Assembly: GCA_036381415.1 (NCBI GenBank)
Contig: DASVCV010000003.1
Span: 4,162-68,161, forward strand
Direction: 5' to 3'
DNA from: Patescibacteria group bacterium
GTDB lineage: Bacteria > Patescibacteriota > Microgenomatia > UBA8517
Length of the DNA: 64,000 bases
Shown here one piece after another: positions 1 through 10,344 of the stretch. Both the position numbers and the translations under genes were made by a program. Below the pieces are notes generated by a model. The model was given only the letters and a program-made list of their open reading frames with translations. It had not been told where the DNA came from and did not search any database. Position 1 is the first letter of the stretch, and each line of letters begins with the position of its first letter.

Positions 1-254
1 TCTTTTTCAAGCTGCTTAACTATTGGGTAGGATATTCCACAAGCTGGGCACTGAAAATCTCCGAATTCTACTAATGTAACTTTAGCTTTATCTGGACTTG
101 TTTGATGGCTGTCTTTTTTTACAAGAAGAGAGGTGTCTGAGATTACTTGGGGAGGAATGGGAGCTGGAGGTTTTGATCCAAAATAAATGAAAGCTAAAAA
201 GATTAAAAAGAAAAATGCTCCAATTGCAATTATTATTTTTGTTTCTTTATTCAT
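1..254 (-). CDS. DsbA/thioredoxin-like disulfide oxidoreductase (runs off window start)
   Basis: Hand-translated ORF MNKETKIIIAIGAFFFLIFLAFIYF...VTLVEFGDFQCPACG: N-terminal TM anchor plus CPAC motif; ATGA overlap with upstream DsbB-like gene. Confidence 0.85.
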   Translation of the reverse strand, partial: MNKETKIIIAIGAFFFLIFLAFIYFGSKPPAPIPPQVISDTSLLVKKDSHQTSPDKAKVTLVEFGDFQCPACGISYPIVKQLEK

Positions 255-715
255 TTTTTATTCTTTCTTTTTGGTAAGGCTTTGGCTCCCCTATTATACC
301 TTTTTGCCAGGAACATGCAGATATTTACCACTGTAAAGGCAGTTAATGAAAGAAGAGGGATTGTGATAATTCCAAACCAGGCAAAGAAACGAGTGGTACA
401 AGGAACATTTAAGCTACAGGGGGTAAGATTTTCTGAAACTATATGATAGTAGAGTAGGTTGTGATAGAAAGCTATCACCCAACCTACTATTGTTAAGGGT
501 AAAACATAGTAAGGAAGGTTTTTATCTTTTCTATAAATTCCAACTGCAATTATGAAAACTTGAGGATACATAAAAATACGCTGGTACCAACAAAGAACAC
601 AAGGGGTGTATTTTAAAACTTCACTAAAATAAAGACTTCCTAAAGTTGCAACAAGGACTTGTACCCAGGCAATGTAGTAAATGTTTTCCTTTAAATATTT
701 CTTCAGACTTAACAT
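251..715 (-). CDS. Disulfide bond formation protein DsbB/BdbC family
   Basis: GSLYFSEV, PCVLCWYQRIFMYP, second Cys pair, 4 TM helices. Confidence 0.9.
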   Translation of the reverse strand: MLSLKKYLKENIYYIAWVQVLVATLGSLYFSEVLKYTPCVLCWYQRIFMYPQVFIIAVGIYRKDKNLPYYVLPLTIVGWVIAFYHNLLYYHIVSENLTPCSLNVPCTTRFFAWFGIITIPLLSLTAFTVVNICMFLAKRYNRGAKALPKRKNKK

Positions 716-761
716 GCTCTTTATATTATCAGATTAGAAAGAAGAGTTGAAATAGAGGATT

Positions 762-1715
762 CTAACGAGCAAAAATAATTGCATTGGGAATATTTCTTCC
801 AGGACCTGCAAGATAGCTTCCATTGTAGTAGAGGGCAGTGGAGCCTCCGGTATCTAAGTTTAATGCACCATCTGCACTTAAACTTTTGAAAACAAAGGCG
901 AACTCCTGCATGTTTACATTGTAGGCTACAACAATCATTACATTCTTACTTCCTCTTACTCCAATCCCTACTTTTGTTCCTTTTGCTTTTTGTTTATCAG
1001 CAAGTCCTGATTGATTGTCATCAATCTGTACATTTCCACCATTTACAAGTCCAGGATAATTTACAATCCCTGCAGTTAGTCCACCACTAAATCCATTGGC
1101 ATTTTGAATATAGTGAGCACCTGATCCGTCTACGTATACCATTGATCTACTGTTCCAAGATAAATTTCCTCCATTAATCCATTTTCCGAGTCTTGTGTTA
1201 TAGACTGGAAAATCATATGAATTTTTCTTACTGCTACATTCTGGATACTCAGCTGGACAAAAATATGTACCGTTTACTCCTGCAAAACCTCCATCTCTAG
1301 TTACATAATCTTTTAAAGGAGACACTGTACAGTTATCAGTGCATTCTGAATCGTTACCGGTGTCTGTAATCATTCTTGCAGAATTTAAATCGATTGAGAG
1401 AACACTAGCTGCAAAGTCACCTTTTTCAGTGTGAACTGTAATATAGCTATACCCTGCTCCTGGAGGACCTGTAACAGGTGCAGGGGTTGGCTTAAATGTA
1501 GGCGTAGCTGTTGCAACAATGGTCGGGGTTGGAGTTAGTGTGGGAGTCGGGACAGGTGTGGGAGAGGAAGTTGGGGTGGAAGTTGATGTTGGTGTAGGAG
1601 AAGAAAGATTTATATTAAAAGGAATTACCTTTTTTTGAATCAATATTGCTAAAACAATAATAATGCCTACTATTAAAAGTAAGGGAAGAATTTGTATAAA
1701 TCCCCTTTTTCTCAT
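762..1715 (-). CDS. Membrane-anchored phosphodiester glycosidase (NAGPA-like) family protein
   Basis: N-terminal TM, Pro/Thr linker, GVNGTYF and ALNLDTGGSTAL...GRNIPNAI motifs. Confidence 0.75.
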   Translation of the reverse strand: MRKRGFIQILPLLLIVGIIIVLAILIQKKVIPFNINLSSPTPTSTSTPTSSPTPVPTPTLTPTPTIVATATPTFKPTPAPVTGPPGAGYSYITVHTEKGDFAASVLSIDLNSARMITDTGNDSECTDNCTVSPLKDYVTRDGGFAGVNGTYFCPAEYPECSSKKNSYDFPVYNTRLGKWINGGNLSWNSRSMVYVDGSGAHYIQNANGFSGGLTAGIVNYPGLVNGGNVQIDDNQSGLADKQKAKGTKVGIGVRGSKNVMIVVAYNVNMQEFAFVFKSLSADGALNLDTGGSTALYYNGSYLAGPGRNIPNAIIFAR

Positions 1716-1796
1716 ATATATTATTTATACTATATTTGAAGTTTGAAACCTAAAGTTGAATTGATATGAAACAGGTGTCTTTGTAAAGCTTTTCCT

Positions 1797-1985
1797 TTAT
1801 ATATTATTTTTAGATTGCTCTTTTATATATCTTTCAATCTCAGTTGGAGTTGGAACTCTTGTTGTACCGTGGAGTGTCGGTGTTGTTTTTGAAAAGGTGC
1901 TTCCACTACCATTACCATTGTATTTGTTCTTTTTGTTGAATCCATATACTCTTTTTATTTCTTCAAGAAAATCATTTTCTTTCAT
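1797..1985 (-). CDS. Small hypothetical protein
   Basis: 62-aa ORF filling intergenic space, no motif. Confidence 0.4.
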   Translation of the reverse strand: MKENDFLEEIKRVYGFNKKNKYNGNGSGSTFSKTTPTLHGTTRVPTPTEIERYIKEQSKNNI

Positions 1986-2114
1986 ACTTATTATTTATGG
2001 TTTACCTGGAAGCTAATTTCAATTCTGTATTTATATCAGGAACTTAATGTAGAATGGTGCTAGCCCACTTTTTTTAACCTTCTTATTTGACTGGTACAGC
2101 AGATAACCATATAA

Positions 2115-2837
2115 TTGCCCACAATGGAAAGACTTAATAGAGTAATACTTAAATTAAGTGGAGAATTATTTGGAGAGAATGGAAATCATATTGATTTTCA
2201 AAAATATGATGATGTTGCTAATAGGCTTATTGAGATTAAACAAAAGTCAGGCACTCAACTTGCAATAGTAGTAGGCGGAGGAAATATCTTCAGAGGCAGA
2301 CAGGCTGACATAGAAGTTGACCACACTGAGGCAGACTTCATGGGAATGCTAGCAACTGTAATTAATGGGGTTGGCTTAAGAGAAGCACTAGTTAGAAATG
2401 GAGAGGCAGACACACGACTTATGACTGCTTTTAATTTGCCTGAGATGGCAGAACCATATATTAAGCACAAAGCAAGACACCATTTGCAAAATGGAAGAAT
2501 GGTTATTATTGCAGGAGGATTAGGAATTCCTAACTTCTCAACAGATTCAGCAATAGCACAGTATGCAGATGAACTTATGTGCCAAATGGTTTTAAAAGCA
2601 AGTACTGTGGATGGAGTTTATGATTCTGATCCTAGGAAAAATCCAGATGCTAAAAGATTTGCTGAAATAAGCTACCAGGAAGCTTTACAAAAAAGACTTG
2701 CTGTAATGGATGCAACAGCATTTGCAATGTGCATGAGATCTGATATTCCTATCTTTGTATTTAATATTAAGGATTTAGATAGAGTTCCTGATGCAATTGA
2801 AGGAGATCTTTCTTTTGGAACTGTAGTAAAAGGCTGA
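2115..2837 (+). CDS. pyrH: UMP kinase
   Basis: LKLSGE, VVGGGNIFRG, GMLATVIN, DGVYDSDP, VMDATAF motifs; ATG at 2124 may be the true start. Confidence 0.93.
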   Translation: MPTMERLNRVILKLSGELFGENGNHIDFQKYDDVANRLIEIKQKSGTQLAIVVGGGNIFRGRQADIEVDHTEADFMGMLATVINGVGLREALVRNGEADTRLMTAFNLPEMAEPYIKHKARHHLQNGRMVIIAGGLGIPNFSTDSAIAQYADELMCQMVLKASTVDGVYDSDPRKNPDAKRFAEISYQEALQKRLAVMDATAFAMCMRSDIPIFVFNIKDLDRVPDAIEGDLSFGTVVKG

Positions 2838-2841
2838 CTTC

Positions 2842-3324
2842 TTAGGCTGTTTTGCTAAAGGTATTTAAAGCATCAATCTGATTTTGGCTTAAATGAATGA
2901 CAGGACGTTTTGATTTTAGGTAATTAATTGCTTCATCTGGCTTCATACCTTTTTTAATTAGATAGGCTATAAAAAGAGTTGGAGCTCTTCCGTGTCCATT
3001 TTTACAATGGATATAAATCTTGATATTTTTATTTATTAAACTCTCTAGGACTTCTACCCCAAAGGATAATTTATCAGGACTTGGAGCCTCATGGTCAAAT
3101 GTTGGCAGCCAAATAAAATAGTCTACTCCAAGAGGTGTGTCTATTCTTTCATCTTCCAAACTAATGTCTGCACGGACATTTTTGGCAAGCAACTCTTTAT
3201 TAAATCCAAACTGACAACACATATTTGTACCGAGAAAAACATTTTCATCAATTTTTGTGTAGTCAAAGCCGGGACGGCCTGAGATGTGGTTAAATTTATC
3301 AACTAGAAGATTGGGCATGTACAC
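2842..3324 (-). CDS. Dual-specificity protein phosphatase family
   Basis: HCKNGHGR (CX5R) active-site loop. Confidence 0.85.
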   Translation of the reverse strand: MYMPNLLVDKFNHISGRPGFDYTKIDENVFLGTNMCCQFGFNKELLAKNVRADISLEDERIDTPLGVDYFIWLPTFDHEAPSPDKLSFGVEVLESLINKNIKIYIHCKNGHGRAPTLFIAYLIKKGMKPDEAINYLKSKRPVIHLSQNQIDALNTFSKTA

Positions 3325-3363
3325 GTAAAGTATAGCAGAGGAAGATGCGAAAGAAGAAAAAAA

Positions 3364-4560
3364 TTAGTCTATAAAGGTATAGGCTTTACCTTTTTTACCA
3401 GCACGGCCTGTACGGCCAATTCTATGAACATAATCTTCATATGATTCTGGAAGATCATAGTTAATTACATGGGTGACATTATTAATATCAAGGCCACGAG
3501 AGGCAATGTCTGTTGCAAGCAATATTTGAATGTAGTCATTTTTAAAGTCAGTGATTGCACGTTGTCTTTGACCTTGAGTTTTATTTCCATGAATGGAAGC
3601 TGCTCTAAATCCCCTATATGAGAGTTCACGGGATAGATTTTCAACTCCATATTTGGTTCTACCAAAAATTAGAACTTTTTTAAATTCATCTTTAATGAGC
3701 ATTTCATGGAGAACTTCAACTTTAGGTTTTCCATTTAATCTAATAATGTCCTGGTCAACATTTGCAGTTGGGGCATTTGAGGCAATTTGAATTATGACCG
3801 GGTTTCTTAATAATCTAGCCATGACTGATTGGATTTTAGGATTAAGGGTAGCTGAAAAGAATAATGACTGACGAGAAGAGGAAAGCTTTCCTACAATATC
3901 ATTAACATCATCAATAAATCCCATATCAAGCATGTGGTCTACTTCGTCAAGAACTATGTTCTTAAATTCACTAAAGTTTAGCTTTCTTTGTCTTTCTAGG
4001 TCTTTTAACCTTCCTGGTGTTCCAATTACAAATTGTGGACGACGGGAAAGGATTTTGATCTGTCCATACATACTTACTCCCCCAATACAAAGAACAGAAT
4101 ACATATTTAATCCACGGCTAAATTTTTCAAATTCATCTCTAATTTGAACTGCAAGCTCACGGGTTGGAGCTAAGATAAGGACTCTTTCCTGTGGGTTTTT
4201 AATGAGTTTATTAATTAAAGGAATTAAAAATGCAGCAGTTTTACCTGTTCCAGTTTTTGCAATTCCTACCAAATCGCGTCCATTAAGAAGCTCAGGAATT
4301 GCCTGGTCTTGGATAGGAGTTGGGGTTACATAGCCACAAGAGACTATATTGGCCTTTAATTTATCTGAAATGGCAAATCCAGCAAAGGTGTTTTTTGCTA
4401 CATATTCTTGATCTGCAACTGGCTTTTCTTCATGGGCTGATCTTTGGATTAGGACAGTTGGGTCAAATGATCTTTGACGCCTTCCTCCTCCACGACGAGG
4501 CCTTCCGAAGCCTCTTTGGCCACGGAAATTAGAATTAGAACGAAAATTTCTGTTATACAT
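3364..4560 (-). CDS. DEAD/DEAH-box RNA helicase
   Basis: Q motif PTPIQ, GTGKT, PTRELA, DEVD, SAT, HRIGRTGRAG. Confidence 0.95.
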   Translation of the reverse strand: MYNRNFRSNSNFRGQRGFGRPRRGGGRRQRSFDPTVLIQRSAHEEKPVADQEYVAKNTFAGFAISDKLKANIVSCGYVTPTPIQDQAIPELLNGRDLVGIAKTGTGKTAAFLIPLINKLIKNPQERVLILAPTRELAVQIRDEFEKFSRGLNMYSVLCIGGVSMYGQIKILSRRPQFVIGTPGRLKDLERQRKLNFSEFKNIVLDEVDHMLDMGFIDDVNDIVGKLSSSRQSLFFSATLNPKIQSVMARLLRNPVIIQIASNAPTANVDQDIIRLNGKPKVEVLHEMLIKDEFKKVLIFGRTKYGVENLSRELSYRGFRAASIHGNKTQGQRQRAITDFKNDYIQILLATDIASRGLDINNVTHVINYDLPESYEDYVHRIGRTGRAGKKGKAYTFID

Positions 4561-4727
4561 ATCTTTTATTTTTTGGCTGCTTAACTAAATACGTATCTAA
4601 TTTGGAGAAAAGATACAATTAAAAAAACTGGGGTACCTTTATCTATCAAACTCAAATATTACTTAACAAATTAAGCAGTGGAAGGAGTATATCAGTAGAG
4701 GTCCAAAAAAGCAATTTTTAGGGCTTT

Positions 4728-5282
4728 TTAAGCTTTTCCAGTTAAAAGAGCATCAATAACATCATGGGGTAAGGAGGCTGCATTTAGGAGCGCTTTTCTA
4801 ACTAAGCTACCTGCATCGCTTCCTACTTCATCAGCTGCTTTAAGGGTTCCAACTACTGCACTTTTGGCAAGGTCACCTGAGTTAGCTCCAACGTCCCCTG
4901 CTGCTTTAATTGCTCCTGTTACTGCTGAAACTGCTACTTCTCCTAAATCTGCTCCTACTCCTGCTGCACTTTTTACTACATTGTGTGAAGCTTGGGTTGC
5001 TGTTGTACCTAAATCTCCTCCAACTTCCTTTACTCCACCAATTACTCCTGCTACTAAACCTGTAGCTGCTTGAGAAACAGAGACTCCTGTTTCTGAGGCA
5101 ACTTTAACTCCTTCTGAGACTACTTTTCCAACAGTTTCCACTGATTGGGAAGCAACTTCACCTCCTGCTTCTAGTGTTTTTACAATTAACTCTTTGGCAA
5201 CATCACGGGTGGTAGTAACTACATCGCCTGCTCCTGCTACTAAAGAAGTATAGGTCTTTTTAAAATCTTCAACGATGTCCAT
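4728..5282 (-). CDS. Ala/Gly/Val-rich repetitive helical hypothetical protein
   Basis: 184-aa ORF with quasi-repeats such as GVKEVGGDLG / AAGVGADLG / AGDVGANSG. Confidence 0.65.
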   Translation of the reverse strand: MDIVEDFKKTYTSLVAGAGDVVTTTRDVAKELIVKTLEAGGEVASQSVETVGKVVSEGVKVASETGVSVSQAATGLVAGVIGGVKEVGGDLGTTATQASHNVVKSAAGVGADLGEVAVSAVTGAIKAAGDVGANSGDLAKSAVVGTLKAADEVGSDAGSLVRKALLNAASLPHDVIDALLTGKA

Positions 5283-5323
5283 GTACTTTTAAAAGTACAT
5301 GTTTAGAAAAGTCCTGTCAATTA

Positions 5324-6673
5324 TTAAATTTCTATTTCCTGGTTTAGTTTAGGTAGAGCTACATCTTCAATTCTTAATTCTTGGGAGATTTTTTTGGAAA
5401 GAGCTGTTCTTGAAACATCTTCCCCATGGGTCAAAAACACTTTTTTGACATTCTTAATGTGGCTAAGCCAGCCTAGAAGCTGCTTTTGGTCGGCATGAGA
5501 ACTCATGGCTTGAGTGTCACTTACAGTTGCCATTACATTAACTTTTTGTCCTTCAATTACAATTTTTTTGCTTCCTTCAAAAAGCTGCCTTCCTAAAGTC
5601 CCCTCTCCTTGGAACCCAACGATTAAAAGACGGGTAGAGGCAAGAGGCAGATAATAGGCAGCATGATTTAAGATTCTTCCTCCAACCATCATTCCGCTTC
5701 CTGCAATAATTACTTTTGGTCCTGGTTGTTTGTGCAAAGACTCACTTTCCTGAGGGCTTTGTATTACCTTTAAACCCGTAAATTCAAAAGGATTTCTTTT
5801 TTGTAAATCAGCTTGAATATGACTGTTAAGAAGTTCTTTATAATCCAAATAGAAAACAGTTGCTTTTTTGGCCATTGGGCTGTCCATATAGATGGGAGTA
5901 GTGGGTGCTACTTTTTTTTCTTCTTTTAAGTGCATTATCATATGCAAAAGTTCCTGAGTTCTTTCTAAAGAGAAGGCTGGAATAAGAAGTGTACCTCCTG
6001 ATTTTTCAATGCTATTAATTTCAGATTGGATAGCATCGGACGGGTTAAGATGAGGGTGAAGACGGTCCCCGTAAGTTGATTCTAGAACGACTGCATCGGA
6101 AGTACTAACTAATTCTGTTTCTTTTTCTAAAGGCTCTGGAGAGTTGCCTAAGTCTCCACTAAAAACAATCTTTCGGATTTGAGAGTTAGGATGTTTGTCT
6201 TCTATTTCAAGACTTGCAGAGCCTAGAATGTGGCCTGCATCAATTGCATTAATGGTAAAGTCACCAATTGTTATTGGTGCGTGATAATTGAAAGTTTTAA
6301 ATTTAGATATTGCTTTTAGAGCAAGATTTTCATCATATAAAACCTCATGATCTCCATTTTTTGCAATTTTTGCACTATCAAGAAGAGACAATTGAGTTAG
6401 ATCGCGTGTTGCCGGAGTCATCCAGATACTTTCTTTAAAGCCTTTGGATAAAAGGATTGGAAGCCTGCCACAATGATCAAGGTGGGCATGAGTTAAAACC
6501 ATTCCAGATAGGTTTCTTACATCATAGTCAAATGGTTCATAGTTTAGCTTTTCCACTTCGGGAGTGCCTTGAAACATTCCTAAATCTATAATAATGGAAG
6601 ATCCTGCCCCTGATGTGAGGACATAACTTGAACCTGTAACAGTTCCTGCCGCTCCAAGAAATTTGATTAACAT
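5324..6673 (-). CDS. MBL-fold beta-CASP ribonuclease
   Basis: GAAGTVTGS, THAHLDHCGR, AGHILGSA, ESTYGDR, SSHAD, HGE motifs. Confidence 0.92.
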   Translation of the reverse strand: MLIKFLGAAGTVTGSSYVLTSGAGSSIIIDLGMFQGTPEVEKLNYEPFDYDVRNLSGMVLTHAHLDHCGRLPILLSKGFKESIWMTPATRDLTQLSLLDSAKIAKNGDHEVLYDENLALKAISKFKTFNYHAPITIGDFTINAIDAGHILGSASLEIEDKHPNSQIRKIVFSGDLGNSPEPLEKETELVSTSDAVVLESTYGDRLHPHLNPSDAIQSEINSIEKSGGTLLIPAFSLERTQELLHMIMHLKEEKKVAPTTPIYMDSPMAKKATVFYLDYKELLNSHIQADLQKRNPFEFTGLKVIQSPQESESLHKQPGPKVIIAGSGMMVGGRILNHAAYYLPLASTRLLIVGFQGEGTLGRQLFEGSKKIVIEGQKVNVMATVSDTQAMSSHADQKQLLGWLSHIKNVKKVFLTHGEDVSRTALSKKISQELRIEDVALPKLNQEIEI

Positions 6674-6732
6674 TTAAGTAACTTTACAGTATCTTTCGTA
6701 TAATTGTCATTATAGAAAACTGGGAGCAAAGA

Positions 6733-7092
6733 TTATTCTTTCCAAGGAGTTACAAGCTGGAAGTAATTTCCGTCTGGGTCGGCAAAGGTTGCAATCCAAG
6801 CACCCCCCATTTCATATGGCTTGGCAATAACTTTGGCACCTGTTTTTTCTATTCTTTCAGATTCCTCCTTCACCTCGGTGGTTTCTAGATTAAACATGAA
6901 ACGTTCTGGGGTTTTATTTTTGCCTTTTACTTTGTCATGGGGGCCGATAGTTAAGAAGGTTTTTCCTACTAGAAATCCATAATAGCCATTGTCATCTGCC
7001 ATTTCTGGATCTTTTTGAAAGACTTTTTGATAGAAGCTACTTAAAGCTTTTGGATTACTAGATGAAAGTAGGATTGAGTTTAGGTTTAACAT
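6733..7092 (-). CDS. VOC/glyoxalase family protein
   Basis: FYQKVF...ATFADPDGNYFQL. Confidence 0.85.
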   Translation of the reverse strand: MLNLNSILLSSSNPKALSSFYQKVFQKDPEMADDNGYYGFLVGKTFLTIGPHDKVKGKNKTPERFMFNLETTEVKEESERIEKTGAKVIAKPYEMGGAWIATFADPDGNYFQLVTPWKE

Positions 7093-7104
7093 AATTTTTT
7101 AAGA

Positions 7105-7590
7105 TTATCCTTCATATGCTTCTTTTAGCTTTTGGGTGTCAATTTTCTTCATCTTTAACATTGCAGTCATTACTCTCTTAGATTTTTCAGGATCTTTATC
7201 GGCGAGCAGTTCATTTAGAAGAGTAGGAACTATTTGCCAGGAAACTCCGTATTTATCTTTTAACCATCCACATTGGCTTTCTTGTCCTCCATTTTCAGTA
7301 AGCTTCTGCCATAATTCATCTACTTCTTCCTGGGTCTCACATTTAACAACAAAAGATATTGCTTCAGTAAACTTAAAGACAGGTCCGCCATTAAGAGCCG
7401 TAAACTCCTGGCCTTCTAAAACAAAGGCAACTGTCATTGCTGTTCCCTCTTTCATTCCTGCAGCTTTAGCTGCCTCACTATCATACTTATTTACACTTAC
7501 TATTTTGGAGTTTTTAAAGACAGAAACATAGAAGTTGGCTGCTTCTTCTGCTTGGTTATCAAACCAGAGAAATGGAGTAATTTTTTGCAT
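7105..7590 (-). CDS. VOC family protein (PhnB / 3-demethylubiquinone methyltransferase-like)
   Basis: [41 protein letters not shown]. Confidence 0.9.
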   Translation of the reverse strand: MQKITPFLWFDNQAEEAANFYVSVFKNSKIVSVNKYDSEAAKAAGMKEGTAMTVAFVLEGQEFTALNGGPVFKFTEAISFVVKCETQEEVDELWQKLTENGGQESQCGWLKDKYGVSWQIVPTLLNELLADKDPEKSKRVMTAMLKMKKIDTQKLKEAYEG

Positions 7591-7654
7591 TTTTAAATGA
7601 TACCAGAAAAAATAAATTTATACTAATGAGCTTGGATTTTATTGAAATTAGGAC

Positions 7655-8011
7655 TTATTCTTTGCCCCTACTCTCATTTATCTTTACTCTTGCCTTTACC
7701 AGTTTTTCAATGAGTTTAATTGGCAACTTCTGACTAAGAGGAAACTGGACAGTTGATTTAGCAGTGACATATCCTTTCAATTCATCTTTATGTTCCTCAA
7801 TGACAGGAGGAGGAATATAAAGGCCAATGTGCTTTTTGGCAAGCCTAAAGTAGGCTAGTCTGCCTTTGTAGCCGTAATACGGCATGCCATAACTAATTTT
7901 TTCTTCTGCTTTTGGAGCTGCCTTTTTTATAACTGATCTAATTTTTTTAAGACTAGATTGAACATCACTAGGACAACTAGCTATATATTCATCAACATCC
8001 TTTGGCTTCAT
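7655..8011 (-). CDS. DUF1801 (YdhG-like) protein
   Basis: VDEYI...APKAEEKISYGMPYY...KHIGLY. Confidence 0.85.
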   Translation of the reverse strand: MKPKDVDEYIASCPSDVQSSLKKIRSVIKKAAPKAEEKISYGMPYYGYKGRLAYFRLAKKHIGLYIPPPVIEEHKDELKGYVTAKSTVQFPLSQKLPIKLIEKLVKARVKINESRGKE

Positions 8012-8028
8012 TTAAACATTATATCTTG

Positions 8029-8439
8029 CTATTTACTTTTAGCCAAAATGAATCCAGCAATATATGCTGCGATAAATCCTTCAACAGTCCAGACTCCAAC
8101 CATTAAGGCCGATACATTAAAACTAGTGTATGTAACAAACATGCCTGGAATTGTTGCTATCAAGAAATAAAGGATGGCAAAATTTAGAGCTTTTTGAGAA
8201 ACTTTCTTTCCTTCAATGTGACTACCTAATTTGTTCCAGAAATAAGCTAATACAAATCCAACAATAAAGGGATGTAAAAAGAAAAGCATCATTAATGGAT
8301 CTGTCCAAGGTCTAAAAAGACCACTTTGATACTGACTCCCCAGACTAGGTATTAGAAAACTTAAACCTTGAGAAAGGATAAAAGTAACTATTAAATTTAT
8401 TACTCCAATAATTAATCCTTGTTTTATGATCTTACCCAT
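8029..8439 (-). CDS. Membrane protein (4 TM)
   Basis: Four hydrophobic segments, FRPWTDPLM loop. Confidence 0.7.
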   Translation of the reverse strand: MGKIIKQGLIIGVINLIVTFILSQGLSFLIPSLGSQYQSGLFRPWTDPLMMLFFLHPFIVGFVLAYFWNKLGSHIEGKKVSQKALNFAILYFLIATIPGMFVTYTSFNVSALMVGVWTVEGFIAAYIAGFILAKSK

Positions 8440-8524
8440 TTTCTCACCTTCTTTACTCTAATTTGATAATGGAACAACTAAGGAATGTTTTCAAGTTTTA
8501 AAGAATTACTACTTTGTAAAGATC

Positions 8525-8677
8525 TTATTTTTCTTTATCAATCAATTCTTGGAGTTTAGGAGGAATTGGACGGCAATCACAATTTTTAGCATGAGAAATG
8601 TGCCATTTAATCCTTTCTTTAATAGTAGGGTTTTTTGGCATTTTATTTTTAAGATGCCAGTTTTTATTTATAGGCAT
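8525..8677 (-). CDS. Small His/Cys-containing protein (50 aa, below ORF-track cutoff)
   Basis: Hand translation MPINKNWHLKNKMPKNPTIKERIKWHISHAKNCDCRPIPPKLQELIDKEK; co-oriented with neighbours. Confidence 0.65.
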   Translation of the reverse strand: MPINKNWHLKNKMPKNPTIKERIKWHISHAKNCDCRPIPPKLQELIDKEK

Positions 8678-8713
8678 AATTAATGACAGCACTAGAATCT
8701 AGGAATAAAGGGC

Positions 8714-9718
8714 TTAAGAATCTTTAATTAAACTCCAAGTTGCATATTCTTCAGGAGTAAGAGAGAGCTTTTTGGCTGATTTTCTACTGTAGGATCTTTC
8801 AAAATGCGGAACTAAAATATTTTTCTCGTAAGAAGTAATAATTACTGGGTGGATATAGTAGGTACGACAGACTTTCTTGGTATTTCCTAAATGATCTGCT
8901 ACTTCAGATACAACTTCTACGATATTTCTCTTAAGGTCAGTTGGTGTGGGGGCATTTCCTTTCTTGTACAAAGAATCTCCTGCTAAAACACTTCCTCCCC
9001 AGGTACGGAAATCTTTTGCAGAAAAGTCAGCTCCTGTGTGGACTTGCAAATAATTATTAACATCTTGGGAATCTACAACTTTTTTATTGTTGTCATCATC
9101 TACATATTGGAAGAGCTCATAACCTGGAAGTTCAATACATTCTTTTATTGTTTTGGCAATACGAGGGTAGGTAACATCAATGTCATGGAAGACACCACTT
9201 TTTCCTTTAAAGCTAAAAGTTACCGTGTTGCCTTCTACTTCTACATGTTTTTCCCGCATGGTTGTTAGACCATATGATTCATTCTCCTTGGCATATGTTT
9301 TATTGCCTACTCTAATGAAGGTGTGCTCTAACAACCAAACAACAGTTGCTACTACTCTATTCTGAGTTAGAGAACGTTCACTCATGTGAGCCTTAACTGC
9401 TTTTCGAAGAGTGGGAAGGCGCTCACCAAAGAGGACCATTTGGTCAAATTTACGTTCCTGGCTTTTTTTGACCCATTCTGGGTGATATATGTACTGCTTT
9501 CTGCCTGCAGCATCTATTCCTATTGCTTGAATATAATTCTTGGGATCTTTACTAATTTGAACATCTTTCCAGGCAGGAGGAATGACAAGACCTTTTATAC
9601 GGCTTGCTGCATTTTTAGAAACAGGTTTTCCACTTTCTGTTACAAACCTAAAGCCACTCTCCTTTTTAACTCTTTTCCAGGCAAGTTCTGTATCTTTACC
9701 ATAATGAATATGGGTCAT
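8714..9718 (-). CDS. DNA topoisomerase IB (bacterial, poxvirus-like)
   Basis: IPPAW, GRKQYIYHP, IRVGN, YGLTT, FKGKSG, AKDFRTW, HLGNT...CRTYYIHP with catalytic Tyr. Confidence 0.93.
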   Translation of the reverse strand: MTHIHYGKDTELAWKRVKKESGFRFVTESGKPVSKNAASRIKGLVIPPAWKDVQISKDPKNYIQAIGIDAAGRKQYIYHPEWVKKSQERKFDQMVLFGERLPTLRKAVKAHMSERSLTQNRVVATVVWLLEHTFIRVGNKTYAKENESYGLTTMREKHVEVEGNTVTFSFKGKSGVFHDIDVTYPRIAKTIKECIELPGYELFQYVDDDNNKKVVDSQDVNNYLQVHTGADFSAKDFRTWGGSVLAGDSLYKKGNAPTPTDLKRNIVEVVSEVADHLGNTKKVCRTYYIHPVIITSYEKNILVPHFERSYSRKSAKKLSLTPEEYATWSLIKDS

Positions 9719-9793
9719 TACTTATTGTAGTTCAGTTTGGTTTTGTTAAGAAGAAGAAATTATATTTTTGATTTATCTTTTATGTGGAGGGTG

Positions 9794-10300
9794 TTATTCA
9801 AGGGAATTTACGTTGTTAACATAATAGTCTTTGATTTTCTCATTCTTACCAAACAGAAAACTTGCTTTCACTAAAGATCCTGACAAAACTTTAGGCAACC
9901 AGAACTTATCATCTGGCCACATTTTATTATATGGAATGTCTTTTACTTTAAACCATTGAGGCTTCATTTCCTCAGATTCAACTGGTTCTCCTTGCCACTT
10001 GGTTGCAGTAAATACATGAACTTGCTGGTGTTCACCCTTATCATGAGAGGAATAGAAACTTAATACTGCTACTTTTTTTGGTTCTAAAGGGATAACATCA
10101 ATTTCTTCTTTTGATTCTCTAATTGCTGTTTGTTCTATTTTTTCACCGGGATTTGGCTTTCCCCCTACCCCATTCCACTTATTAACTCCAAAACCTCTTT
10201 TCTTCATTGCAAGTAAAATTTCATCACCTTTTAAAAGAAAAACAATGGTAGCTTGTCTTAGTGGAGCCTCTAGACTTTGTTCATATTCAACGAGTTTCAT
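9794..10300 (-). CDS. NUDIX hydrolase, MTH1/8-oxo-dGTP diphosphatase-like
   Basis: KKRGFG..KWNGVGGK, AIRESKEE Nudix box, MWPDD..W; start moved to 10300 by alignment with paralog at 15780. Confidence 0.88.
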   Translation of the reverse strand: MKLVEYEQSLEAPLRQATIVFLLKGDEILLAMKKRGFGVNKWNGVGGKPNPGEKIEQTAIRESKEEIDVIPLEPKKVAVLSFYSSHDKGEHQQVHVFTATKWQGEPVESEEMKPQWFKVKDIPYNKMWPDDKFWLPKVLSGSLVKASFLFGKNEKIKDYYVNNVNSLE

Positions 10301-10344
10301 TTGAGGCATTCTATTCCAAAAATTAAAAGGAAACAATACTTTTT

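Noticed and set aside
1480-1605. Pro/Thr-rich repeats (also near 29710-29760)
   Set aside because: Low-complexity PT linkers typical of anchored extracellular enzymes, not DNA-level repeat elements
7624-7660. Additional att-like site (reads SLDFIEIRTY)
   Set aside because: Only the 3' GAAATTAGGACTTAT part resembles the family; too degenerate to count without a PWM score
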